Part shown: positions 26,164-38,464 of the stretch, piece after piece | Layout of the letters: the number at the start of each line of letters is the position of its first letter | How positions within the stretch are numbered: the first letter of the stretch is position 1 | Origin: Malacoraja senta | Taxonomy: Eukaryota | DNA: 64,000 bases | Assembly (NCBI GenBank): GCA_038087875.1 | Contig: JAXLNO010000081.1 | Location: 62,001-126,000, forward strand | Reading direction: 5' to 3' | Made by a program: the position numbers and the translations under genes | Notes under the pieces: model-generated | Seen by the model: only the letters and a program-made list of their open reading frames with translations | What the model was told of the DNA's origin: nothing | Database searches by the model: none

Positions 26164-26370
26164 CTAACGGCAACTGCACGAAACCAAACTCAACTGCACG
26201 AAAGCCAACTCAACTGCACGAAAGCCAACTCAACTGCACGAAAGCCAACTCAACTGCACGAAAGCCAACTCAACTGCACGAAACACAACTCAACTACATT
26301 GCATGAACTCATCCCAAATGCATTAAACTCACCTAAATTCATCTCAACTGCACTGAACGAAACTCAACAC

Positions 26371-26995
26371 CATCCGTCGTGTTGATCCCTGGGATTCCTG
26401 CCAGTACCCTTTCCCTCCTTGAAAAGCAAACCGTGAGGGAATTATGCTCCTCTCACTGACGGGGTCTGCACTGGCAGGTCGTCGACATGAAATATTAATT
26501 TTGGTCCTATAGCCTTCTGCGTTATTCCAACATTGGCTTTCACCTGTCCAGCAGTGTTTTGTGGGTTAAATAAAGAACATATTAATCTACAATAAACTTA
26601 CCGTAGCCTCCTTTCTTATCGTATCCATTTGGCCATCCTGTGGGAGAAACAGACCAGCATGAATAATATTTGATGACATGTATTCAGAAATGGACATTTT
26701 AACTCAGTCGTATACAGTTTAGGTTGTAGCTATTGAATCTTGGTGTCTACCAGTACCTGTGGAGAAAGAAACATTTTGATGACAAAAATATACACAGAAG
26801 CCAGGGAAGGCAGGATGCAACCTTACAGCAATCTGGTCAGGGTGTATTGTATTCAGTTATGTTCACCCTAATCCAAGAAACATAAGGTGGTTTTAGAAAG
26901 AGTGTGGAAGAGATTGACCAGGATTATTCCTAGAGTAGTGTGTACAAGCTACAATTCAGTAAACTTAACTAAACCATTCTAAACTGAAATTCAGT
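26371..26995. repeat. Complex module, beta type
   Basis: Core 26602-26637 with minus-strand GTAAGT donor. Confidence 0.9.
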
Positions 26996-29730
26996 AAACT
27001 AAATAAATATCAACTCAACTGCACTAATCTCAACTCAACACAATTCACCTCAACTCAACTGCGGAGAACACAAATAAACTCTCCTGCACTTAACTCAACT
27101 CAGCTGCACTAAACCAACTGCACTAAACGCAACTAAACTCATATCACCTCAACTTAACTGCACTAATCTCCACTCAACTGCATTGAAGTGCACTAATCTC
27201 CACTCAAGGGCCCCATACTAAAATCAACTAAACTCAATTCACCTCAACACAACTGCACTAATCTCCACTCAACTGCTTTGAAGTGCACCAATCTCCACTC
27301 AAGTGCACCATAATAAAATCAACTAAACTCAATTCACCTCAACACAACTGCACTAATCTCCATTCAACTGCATTGGTGCACCAATCTCCACTTAAATGCA
27401 CCATACTAAAATCAACTGCATTAAACCGAAATCAATTAAACTTAAATCATCGCAATTCAGCTGCAGTAAACTCAACTCAACTGCAATAAACAAGTCAACT
27501 AAATTTTACCTAACTCAACTGTACTAGACTCAACTGCACTAGTCTCAACTCAACTGCGCTAATCTCAATCACACTAAACTCAACTCCGCAAATGGATCAC
27601 CGCCGCTCCCATAACTAAGCTAAACTGAACTGCATTATATTCATCTGAACTACCTTAAACTCAATTGAAATAAACTCAACTGCATTTACCTCAACAAAAC
27701 TGTACATAACTCAAGTCAACTTATCTGCTTTCAACTCACCGCACTAACCTCAACCGCACTAAACTCAACACAGATGCACTCTACTCCGCTCCAATAAACT
27801 AACGTCAACTCAACAACTCAACTGCGTTAAATTGAACTGAACTACATCAACGGCACTAAACTTAAATGGAATAAACCCAACTGCACAAAACTCAACACAA
27901 CTCAACTGCACGAAACTCAACTCCACTAAACTCAACTCAACTCAACTTAACTGCATTTACCTGAACACAACTTATCAGAATTCAACTCAACCCAATTGCA
28001 CTAAACTCAACTGCATTTAATTCAACTGCACTAAACTCAACGAATCTGCACTAAACTCAACTCAACTGAAATAACCTCATCACAACACTCAACTGCACTT
28101 AATTTAACTCCACTGAACTCAACTGCATTTACCGCAACACAACTGTACCCAACTCAACTACATGCAACTCAACTTCACTGAAATCAACTGAACTCAAGTC
28201 AAATGCAGTCAAGTCAACTGAACTGCGCTAAACCCAACTCCACTGCATTCAACTCAACAGTACTTAACACAACTCAACTAAGCTCAACACAACTTAACGG
28301 CAATCAACACTTCAACTGCGCTAACTTCCACACAACTACACTCAACTCCACTCAATCCAAGTGCACCATACTCAACTGATCTCAATTGCACCAAATTCAA
28401 TCAACTGCACTGAACGCAACTCAGCTCCACTACAATCACCTTCACTAAACTCAACTCAAGTGCACTGATTTAAACTACACTCAACTGCACCATATTCAAT
28501 TACACTGAACTCAACTCCTCAACAGCAGTAAATTCAACACAACTGCGTACGTTGCACTAAACTCGACTTAACATCATTAATCTCAACTTAACTGCTCTAA
28601 ACTCAACTGCACTCGACTGCACCGAAATGAACTGCACTGAACTCAAGCCAACTGCACTAAATTCAACTGCACTAAATTCAACTCAACGGCAATAAACTCA
28701 ACCTAACTGCTCTAACTCAACTGCTCTAAACTCAACTCAACTGCTATAACTCAACATCACCTCAACATCATTAACTTCAGCTCATCATTAACATCACCTC
28801 AACAGCATTAACATCAACTCCACAGCATTAACATCACTAAACAGCATTAACATCAACTCAACAGCACTAAACTCAACAGCAGTGACCTCCAGAATTAACT
28901 AATCACAACTGCACTCAACTCCGTTCCACTCAACCGCATTCCAATCAACCGTAGTAACTGAACTCCTCAACTGCAATCAACGCAACCCAATTATACTGAC
29001 TCAAGTCAACTGCACTAAGCTAAACGTAACTCACCTTCACTAGACACAACTAAACTAACGACAACTACACTAAGCCCGAACTCAACTGCACTAAGTACAA
29101 CTCAACTGCACTAAGCCCAACTCAACTGCATGAAACTCAACATAACTGCACTAAACTCAACACAACTTCACGAAACTCAACATAACTGCACTAACCTACT
29201 CAACTCAACAGCATGAACTCAACTGCATATTCAACTTCATTGATTAAAGTCAACTTCACTAAATTCATCTAAATTCAACTCAACTGCACTGAACTCAACA
29301 ACATCCGTCGTGTTGATCCCTGGGATTCCTGCTTCATTCACTACCATTTCCCTCCTTGAAAAGCATACCATGAGGGTATTCTGCTCCTTTCACTGACGGG
29401 GTCTGCACTGGCAGGTCGTCGACATGAAATATTAATTCTGGGCCTTTAGCCTTGAGCGTTATTCCAACATTGGCTGCACCTGCCCATCAGTGTTTTTGGG
29501 ATTGTGAAGAGTATATTAAACTGCAATAAATTTACCGTAGCCTCCATTCTTATCGTATCTACTTGACCATCCTGTGAGGGAAACAGACTAGCGTGAGTAA
29601 TATTTCATGACCATAATTCAGAAATGGATAGTTGAACTCAGTCGTATACAGTTAATTTCGTAGCTACGGAATCTTGGAGTATACCAGTACCTGTGGAGAA
29701 AGAAAGATTTTGATGACAATTGATCGGATC

Positions 29731-30168
29731 ATAGAAACATAGAAAATATGTGCAGCAGTATGCCATTCGGCCCTTCGAGCCTGCACCGCCATTCAATATG
29801 ATAATGGCTTATCGTCCAACTCAGTATCCCGTACCTGCATTCTCTCCATACCCCCTGATCCCTTTAGCCACAAGGGCCACATCTAACTCCCTCTTAGATA
29901 GAGCCAATGAACTGGCATCAACTACTTTCAGTGGCAGAGAATTCCACAGATTCACCAATGTGTAAAAAATGATTTTCTCATCTCGATCCTAAAGGACCCC
30001 TTATCCTTAAACTGTGACACTTTGTTCTGGACTTCCCCAACATCGGGAATAATCTTCCTGCATCTACCCTGTCCAACACCTTAAGAATTTTGTACGTTTC
30101 TATAAGATCCCCCCTCAATCTTCTAAATTATAGCGAGTACAAGCCGCGTCTATCCAGTCTTTCTTCAT
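29731..30168 (-). mobile_element. CR1 3' fragment
   Basis: Reverse complement of the HER1-like tail; its 5' remainder lies at 32437-32606. Confidence 0.88.
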
Positions 30169-32436
30169 AGCACAAGGTAGTGGTTGTGGGAGATTTTAAT
30201 TTTCCACACACAGACTGGGAAACACATTCTGTAAAAGGGCTGGATGGTTTGGAGTTTGTAAAATGTGTGCAGGATAGTTTTTGCAGCAATACATAGAGGT
30301 ACATACTAGAGAAGGGGCAGTGCTGGACCTCCTGTTAGGAAATGAGACAGGGCAGGTGGCGGAGGTATGCGTTGGGGAGCACTTCGTGTCCAGTGATCAC
30401 AACACCATTAGTTTCAATATAATTATGGAGAGGGTCTGAACTGGACCTAGGGTTGAGATTTTTGATTGGAGAAAGGCTAACTTTGAGGAGATGCAAAAGG
30501 ATTTAAAAGGAGTGAATTGGGACATGTTGTTTTATGGGAAGGATGTAGAAGAGAAATGGAGGACATTTAAAGGTGAAATTTTAAGAGTACAGAATCTTTA
30601 TGTCCCTGTTCGGTTGAAAGGAAAGAGTAAAAATTGGAAAGAGCCATGGTTTTCAAGGGAAATTGGACACGGTTCGGAAAAAGAGAGAGATTTACAATAA
30701 TTATAGGCAGCATGGAGTAAATGAGGTGCTTGAGGAGTATAAAGAATGTAAAAAGAATATTAAGAAAGACATTAGAAAAGCTAAAAGAAGATATGAGGTT
30801 GCTTTGGCAAGTAAGGTGAAAGTAAATCCAAAGGGTTTCTACAGCTATATTAATAGCAAAAGGATAACAAGGAATACAATTGGTCCATTAGAGAGTCAGA
30901 GTGGACAGCTATCTGCAGAGCCAAAAGAGATGGGGGAGATATTGAACAATTTCTTTTCTTCGGTATTCACCAAGGAGAAGGATATGGAATTATGTGAGGT
31001 AAGGGAAAGAAGCAGAGTAGCAATGGAAACTATGACATTCAAAGAAGAGGCGGTGCGGACACTTTTGAAAAATATGAAAACGGATAAGTCTCCAGGTCCT
31101 GACAGGATATTCCCGAGGACATTGAGGGAAGTTAGTGTAGAAATAGCAGGGGCTATGACAGAAATATTTCAAATGTCATTAGAAATGGGAATAGTGCCGG
31201 AGGATTGGCGTACTGCGCATGTTGTTCCGTTGTTTAAAAAGGGTTCTATGAGTAAACCTAGCAATTATAGACCTATTAGTTTGACGTCAGTGGTGGGCAA
31301 ATTAATGGAAAGGATACTTAGAGTTAATATATATAAGCATCTGGATAAGCAGGGTCTGATTAGGAACATTCAACGTGGATTTGTGCCTGGAAGGTCATGT
31401 TTGACTAATCTTCTTGAATTTTTCGAAGAAGTTACTAGGGAAATTGATGAGGTTAAAGCAGTGGATGTTGTCTATACAGACTTCAGTAAGGCCTTTGACA
31501 AGGTTCCTCATGGAAGGTTGGTTAAGAAGATTCAATTGTTGGGTATTAAAGGTGGAGTAGCAAGATGGATTCAACAGTGGCTGAATGGGAGATGCCAGAG
31601 AGTAATGGTGGATGGCTGTTTGTCAGGTTGATAAATGCGAGGTGCTACATCTCGGCAGGACAAATCAAAATAGGACGTACATGGTAAATGGTAGCGAATT
31701 GAGGAATGCAGTTGAACAGAGGGATCTAGGAATAACTGTGCATAGTTCCCTGAAGGTGGAATCTCATTTAGATAGGGTGGTAAAGAAAGCTTTTGGTTTG
31801 CTGGCCCTTATAAATCAGAGCATTGAATATAGAATTTGGGATGTAATGTTAAAATTGTACAAGGCATTTGTGAGGCCAATTCTGGAGTATGGAATACAAT
31901 TTTCGTCGCCTAATTATAGGAAGGATGTCAACAAAATAGAGAGAGTACAGAGGAGATTTACTAGAATGTTGCCTGGGTTTCAGCAACTAAGTTACAGAGA
32001 AAGGTTGAACAAGCAAGGTCTTTATTCTTTGGAGCGCAGAGGGTTAAGAGGGGACTTGATAGAGGTCTTTAAAATGCTGAGCGGGTTAGACAGAGTTGAC
32101 GTGGATAAGCTTTTCCCATTGAGAGTAGGGAAGATTCCAGCAAGGGGACAAGACTTGAGAATTAAGGGACAGAAGTTTAGGTGTAACATTAGTGGGAACT
32201 TCTTTACTCAGAGAGTGGTAGCTGTGTGGAATGAGCTTCCAGTGGAAGTGGTGGAGCCAGGTTCGATTTTATCCGTTAAAAATAGATTGGATGGGTATAT
32301 GGACGGGAAAGGAATGGAGGGTTATGGTCTGAGTGCAGGTAGATGGGACTAGGGGGAAGTATAAAAATTATTTTAAAAAGTGTTTGGCACGGACTTGAAG
32401 TGCTGAGATGGTCTGTTTCCGTGCTGTAATGGTTAT
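30169..32436 (+). mobile_element. CR1 LINE (second family) ORF2 remnant and 3' UTR
   Basis: ORFs 30663-31631 and 31612-32352: KSPGPD, NYRPISLT, DFSKAFDKV, FFTQRVV; internal deletion near 31628 removes the RT core. Confidence 0.92.
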
Positions 32437-33247
32437 ATTATACTGCATCTGCCATGCATTTACTCACTCACCCAACCTATCCAAGTCACCTTGCAGCCTC
32501 CTAGCATCCTCCGCACATCCAACACTGCCCCCCAGCTTCGTGTCATCCGCAAACTTGGAGATGTTGCATTCAATTCCCTCATCCAGTTCATTAATATATA
32601 TTGTATATCGTGCCCAAATCTTCACAACCTAAAAATACACTCCAAAGTCAGGGAAGGCATGATGCAACCTTGCAGCAATTTGTTTAGGCTGTATGGTATT
32701 CAGTTAAGTTCAACCTAATCTAAGAAGGATATGGTGGTTTTCGAAAGAGTACAGAAGAGGTTGACCAGAATTATTTCCAGAGTGGTGGGTACGAGCTACA
32801 GATTAGTAAACTTAACTAAACCATTCTAAAGTGAAATTCAGTAAAATAAATTAATATCAACACAAGTGCACTAGTCACAACTCAACTTAACAAAATTCAC
32901 ATTAACTGCAATAAACAGAAATAAACTCACCTGCACTTAACTCAACTCAGCTGCACCAAACGCAACGCAGCTGCACTAAACTCATCTCCTCAACTGCACG
33001 AACATCAACAAAACTACACTTAACCCAATTCAACTCAACTGCACTAAACCAACTGCACTAATCTCATCTCAACAACATGAACTCAACTCAACTTACTCAA
33101 ATCAACTCCACTGAACTCAACTCAACCGTTCTAACCTCAACCCAATTGCATTAAACTCAACTGCGCTGAACTCAACTCAACTGCATGAACGTAACTACAT
33201 TAAAATCAACTCAACTCAACTGCACTAAACTCAACTCATCACAACAA

Positions 33248-33604
33248 CATCAGCCTTGTTGATCTCTGGGATTCCTGCTTCATTCACTACCTTTTCCCTC
33301 CTTGTAAAGCCAACCGTGAGGGAATTGTGCTCCTCTAACTGACGGGTCGCCACTGGCAGGTCGTTGACATGGAACATTAACCCTGCTCCTCTAGCCTTCG
33401 GCGGTATTCGAACATTGACTGTCACCTGTCCATCAGTGTTTTGTGGATTAAGTAAAGAATATATTAAACTATGATATATTTACCGTAGCCTCCGTTCTTA
33501 TCGTATCCACTTGACCCTCCTGTGGGAGAAACAGACTGGCGTAGGTAATATTTGATGACGAATTCAGAAAAAAACATTAACTCAGTCGTATACAGTTTAT
33601 TTTG
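33248..33604. repeat. Complex module, alpha type, truncated by Gypsy sequence
   Basis: Core 33484-33519. Confidence 0.88.
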
Positions 33605-36600
33605 AAAGCAGTCTGGACTATGAGAGTGTGAAGTCTACAGTATTAAGGGCTTATGAATTAGTTCCAGAGGCGTACCGGCAGAAATTCCGGCGCTTTAGGA
33701 AGTTTGATAGTCAGACTTATGTGGAGTTTGCTAGGGAGAAGGAGGCACTTTTTGACAGGTGGTGTGCTTCTCAAGGAGTGAAGGTTGATGGGCAACTGCG
33801 GGCCTTGATGATTATGGAAGACTTTAAGAACTGTCTCCCTGAGAGGGTTACTACTTACCTTAATGAGCAGAAGGTGAATGAGGTGTCTAAGGCCGCGGTG
33901 TTGGCAGATGAGTATGTATTGACTCATAAAACTGATTTTGTTGGGCGCTCCTATATTTTGGTGCACGGCCGGTTGATCGTGGTGGTGTCGCCGGTGGCAG
34001 TGTCAAAGGTGTTTCTGTGCCTGCAAGTGGCAGCACGTTGATACAGGGGGGGTCCGAACTGATAAGTTTGACGAAAATTTGAGGACTAACGAAGGTCCTG
34101 TGTGCTACTATTGTAAAGGGAGAGGGCACATGTTAAAGGCGTGTCCCGTTCTGAAGCAGAAAAAATGCAAAGCCTGTGGCTTTGGTGGGTACACAGAAGG
34201 CACCTGTGGTACCTGGGGTGCCTGAGTCTGATGAGTGTAGGAATTATTCTGCGTTCGTCATGAATGGTTTTGTTTCTCTGGAGGATGGGGGTGATAAAGT
34301 TCCAGTATCCATCTTGCGTGATACTGGTGCTACTCAGTCCTTTATATTGGATAGTGTACTGTCGTTTTCTGGGGAATCATCGGTTGGGTCAAGTGTCCCT
34401 GTGGTAGGATTCGGGATGGATGGCATGGAAGTGCCTTTGCATACCGTGAGTCTCGAGTCCGAGTTGGTTTCAGGCCGGGTAACTGTTGGGTTACGGCCGT
34501 GTTTTCCCGTTGGGGGAGTTTCTGTAATTTAGGGGAATGACCTGGCAGGAGGTAGAGTTTTAGTTACTCCTGAGATGACGGCTGTTCCGATGGTGCAGAG
34601 TCCTGATATATTGGCTCTGCAGCATCCGAGGGTCTTCGCAGCTTGTGCTGTCACGAGGGCTATGGCTAAGAGCCAGGCGAAGTTTGAGGATGTAGTGGAC
34701 CTGAGTGAGAGCATTTCTGGGGATCAGGATGAGGGATCCTGTGTTGTGAAGGGTGTTTCTTCATCTCAAGATGGGATAGTGTCTGAAAATGGGCCGGTGT
34801 CGCTGTCACGTGACCGGCTGGTTGAGGAGCAAAAGAGTGATCCAGGTTTATCTGATCTGTTCGACTGCGCGGTGCCTGAGGGGGATATAGATTCCACAGC
34901 AAAGGGGTATTTTCTAAGGGAGGGCTTATTGATGCGAAAGTGGTCTCCCTTGGATATATCTGGGCATGATGATTGGAGCGTGGTTGATCTGATTGTGATA
35001 CCTCGTCGGTATAGGGACGAGATACTCGGTTTGGCTCATGATGGTCCTCTGGGTGGACATTTGGGGGTCAATAAGACGTATGACCGTATCTTACGGAATT
35101 TATTGGGGCCAGCGTTGAAAAAGGACGTGAAACAGCAGTGCAGGTGTTGTCACATTTGCCGAACCAATCGATTGTTCCTGCGCCTTTATATCCAATCCCT
35201 GTGGTCGGTGAGCCGTTTGAACAGATTTTAGTTGATTGTGTGGGTCCTCTACCTCGTACAAGGGTGGGCAACAAGTATTTATTGACAATAATGTGTGCGT
35301 CTACCCGATTGCCGGAGGTGGTCTCTTTGCGTAGAATTACTGCCCCTACCATTGTGAAGTCTCTCACTAAGTTTTTTTCGTTGTTCGGTTTGCCCAAGGT
35401 GGTGCAGAGTGACCAAGGTTCCAACTTCATGTCGAAGGTTTTTGGTCAGGTATTGAAGTTGCTAGACATTAAGCATGGTTACTCCAGTGCGTATCACCCT
35501 GAGAGCCAGGGAGGTCTCGAGAGGTTTCACCAGACTTTGAAGTCTATGTTGAGGACTTACTGCCTGGAGTTTGAAAAAGACTGGGATGAGGGGGTTCATC
35601 TAGTTATGTTTGCGGTACGTGAGGTCGTGCAGGGGTCTTTAAGATTCAGTCCTGCTGACCTGGTGTTCGCGCATACTGTACGTGGTCCGTTGAGGGTCCT
35701 AAAGGAGAAATGGTTGCAGGAGGAAACCAAACGTAGTATTTTAGACCACGTCTGTACCTTTCGATCTACACTGAAGAGGGCATGCGAACTGGCAATGGGT
35801 AATCTGGCTTCTGCTCAGTCTAGGATGAAGGGGTGGTTCGACAGGAAGGCTTCTAGTAGGAATTTTTCTCCAGGTGACAAGGTCCTGGTGTTGTTGCCTA
35901 TTCCTGGTTCCAGTCTGCAGGCTCTGTATAGCGGTCCCTATCAGGTGGTTAAAAAGGTTGGTGAAAGTGATTATGTTATTGGTACCCCTGATCGAAGGCG
36001 AAAGACTCAGCTCTGTCATGTCAACATGATGAAGCAGTACCATGAGCAGGAGCCTGTGGAGGTTGATGGGGAGGTGCTGTGTCCTTCGGTTTCGTCTAAG
36101 CCTGTTTTGGCTGCAGCAGTGCTGCCCCCCTGACACAGGTGGTGATGTGGGTGAGGCACGGTTGTCTGGGGCAGTGACGCAGGGAAGGCTGTGTAACACT
36201 GAGGCATTGGAGTCGCTTCCCTTGCGGTTGTCTCATTTGACGGAAAGTCAGCGGGGTGATCTGCTTGCTTTGGTGGAGTCAAATGGGTCACTGTTCTCGG
36301 ATGTGCCTTCTCAAACGTCTGTGCTGCAGCATGACATTGACGTGGCCGGTGCGGCCACGTCAATTAACGTCAATTAAACAGCATCCGTATCGGGTCAACC
36401 CTGACAGGCGTCATCGTCTAGGGAGTCAGGTTGAATATATGCTGCGGCATGGCATTGCTGAACCTAGTTGAAGTCCGTGGAGCTCTACTGGCTACGAAGG
36501 CTAATGGGGAGGACAGGTTTTGCACGGACTTTCGGAAAGTGAATGGTGTAACTAAGCGGGATTGCTATCCTCTCCCACGAATGGAGGATTGCGTGGATCG

Positions 36601-36645
36601 TGTGGGAAGTGCATCTTTTGTGTCTAAATTGGACTTGTTAAAAGG
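33605..36645 (+). mobile_element. Gypsy LTR-retrotransposon internal remnant, Gmr1-like (gag-PR-IN-RT), frameshifted, no LTR seen
   Basis: AYELVPEAYRQKFR (SCAN-like gag), CYYCKGRGHMLKAC knuckle, LRDTGA protease, H..GGHLG..C..C and DCVGP/SDQG/ERFH integrase, then FCTDFRKVN/YPLPR/KLDL RT start. Confidence 0.9.
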
Positions 36646-38464
36646 GCAAGTGTAGCATCTCTTGCGGTTGCAAGGGAAAGTGCCAGGGGAGGGGCTGGTG
36701 CGGGAGGGAAGGAAAGAATTGACCAGGGACGTACGACGGGAGCGGTCTTTGCGGAAAGCAGACAGGGGGGGGTGGGAAAATGTGGCCAGTGGTGGGGTCA
36801 CGATGGAGGTGGCGAAAATGACGGAGGACTATTTGTTGTATGTGACGGCTAGTGGGGTGAAAGGTGAGGACTAGGGGGACTCTGCCCTTGTTACAAGTGC
36901 GGGGTGGGTAGGGAGAGCAGTGTTACGGTGTATGGAAGAGGCCCCGGTGAGAGCCTCGTCTATAGTAGGGGAGGGGAACCCGCGTTTCCTGAAGAATTAG
37001 GACATTTCCCATGCCCTGGTGTGAAACACCTCATCCTGTGAGCAGATGCAGCATAGACGGAGGAATTGGGAGTAGGGGATGGAGTCGTTACAGGAAGCAG
37101 GGTTGGAAGAAGAGTAGTCAAGATAGCCATGGGAGTCAGTGGGATTATAGTGGATGTTGGTCAGAAGTCTATCACCTGCGATTGAGATAGTGAGGTCAAG
37201 AAATGGTAGGGAAGTGTCGTAAATGGTCCAGGTGTATTTGAGTGCCGGATGGAAGATGTGATGAAGCGGATGAAGTCAGTCAGTTGAGGGTTGGTGCAGG
37301 AGGTAGCACCAAAGCAAACGTCGATATAGCGGATGTAGAGGTCGTCACACACTCCGGCTATCTGCCCCCCCACCCCCCCGAGTCTCCAGCCTCATCGTTC
37401 CCCAGCCCCGCACGGCCGATTTTACCTTCTCCCCAAAATCTACAAACCTGACTGTCCTGGGAGACCCATTGTCTCTGCCTGTTCGTGCCCTACCGAACTT
37501 ATTCCCACATACCTTGCATTCTAACACCTCTAGTTAAATCCCTTCCTACCAATATTCAAGACACCTCAGACATTCTCCGTAGTGATAGACTTCTGAACGG
37601 GGGTTCCCCTCCCCTACTATAGATGAGGCTCTCACCAGGTTCCCTTCCATACCCCGTATCACTGCTCTCTCTCCCCATCCCCCCACTCGTAACAAGGGCA
37701 GAGACCCTAGTCCTCACCTTTCACCCCACTAGCCGTCACATACAACAAATAGTCCTCCGTCATTTTCGCCACATCCAACGTAACCCCACCACTCGCCATA
37801 TCTTCCCATCTTCCCCCCCCCCCCCCCCCCCCCGTCTGCTTTCCGCAAAGACCGCTCCCTCCGCAACTTCCTGGTCAATTATTCCCTTCCCTCTCGCACC
37901 ACTCCCTCCCCGGGCACTTTCCCTTGCAACCGCATGAGATGCTACACTTGTCGCTTTACCTCCCCCCTCGACTCCTTTCAAGGACCCAAGCAGTCGTTCC
38001 AGGTGCGACAGAGGTTCACCTGCATCTCCTCCAACCTCATCTATTGCATCCGCTGCTCTAGATGTCAGCTGATCTACATCGGTGAGGCCAAGCGTAGGCT
38101 TGGCGATCGTTTCGCCGAACACCTCCGCTTCCGCATTAACCAGCCTGATCTCCCGGTGGCACAGCACTTCAACTCCCCCTCCCACTCGGAATCCGACCTC
38201 TCTGTCCTGCGCCTCTTCCATGGACAGAGCACTACCGGAAATGGGAGGAGCAGCGCCTCTTATTCCACTTGGGCAGTCTGCACCCTAGAGGCATAAACAT
38301 TAAATTCTCCAATTTCCTGTAACCCTTGCTGTCTCCTCCCCTTCTCAGCTCTCCCGCAGCCCTCGGGCTCCTCCTCTTCCCTTTTCCTTTCACCCCACCC
38401 TACATCAGTCTGAAGAAGGGTTTCGGCCCGAAACGTTGCCTATTTCCTTCGCTCGATAGATGCT
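36646..38464. mobile_element. Penelope-like element: inverted RT C-terminal part (minus, to about 37345), then plus-strand RT pieces, GIY-YIG and terminal repeat
   Basis: LYIRYID motif on minus; NLIYCIRCSRCQLIYIGE..RFAEH on plus; terminal repeat resumes at 41039-41118. Confidence 0.85.
38410..38437 (+). ncRNA. Minimal type I hammerhead ribozyme-like motif of a Penelope-like element
   Basis: CTGAAGA, stem II GGG-tttcgg-CCC, GAAA, palindromic AACGTT stem III, GTT triplet. Confidence 0.6.

Larger units (their letters stand above)
29302..32840. repeat. Complex module, gamma type, split by nested CR1 insertions (pieces 29302-29730 and 32607-32840)
   Basis: gatcggatc|...|atcgtgcccaaatc rejoins the module consensus; core 29536-29571. 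Confidence 0.85.

Noticed and set aside
26384..26397. Near-palindrome GATCCCTGGGATT as an EBF/COE binding site
   Set aside because: Spacing is one base short of TCCCNNGGGA and the site varies between module types
26431..26490. Twin hairpins in the module (gtgaggga..tcctctcac; gacg..ctgc-actg-gcag..cgtc, then ACA) as an H/ACA snoRNA or ribozyme
   Set aside because: Stems are too short, there is no H-box hinge, and gamma/delta variants break pairing without compensation
26665..26790. TGATGA motifs in modules as C/D snoRNA box C
   Set aside because: No conserved CTGA box D or terminal stem at a suitable distance; the motif varies among copies
33231..33425. Minus-strand module ORF (TVNVRIPPKARG...) as a conserved coding exon
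   Set aside because: The frame is broken by different indels and stops in other module copies
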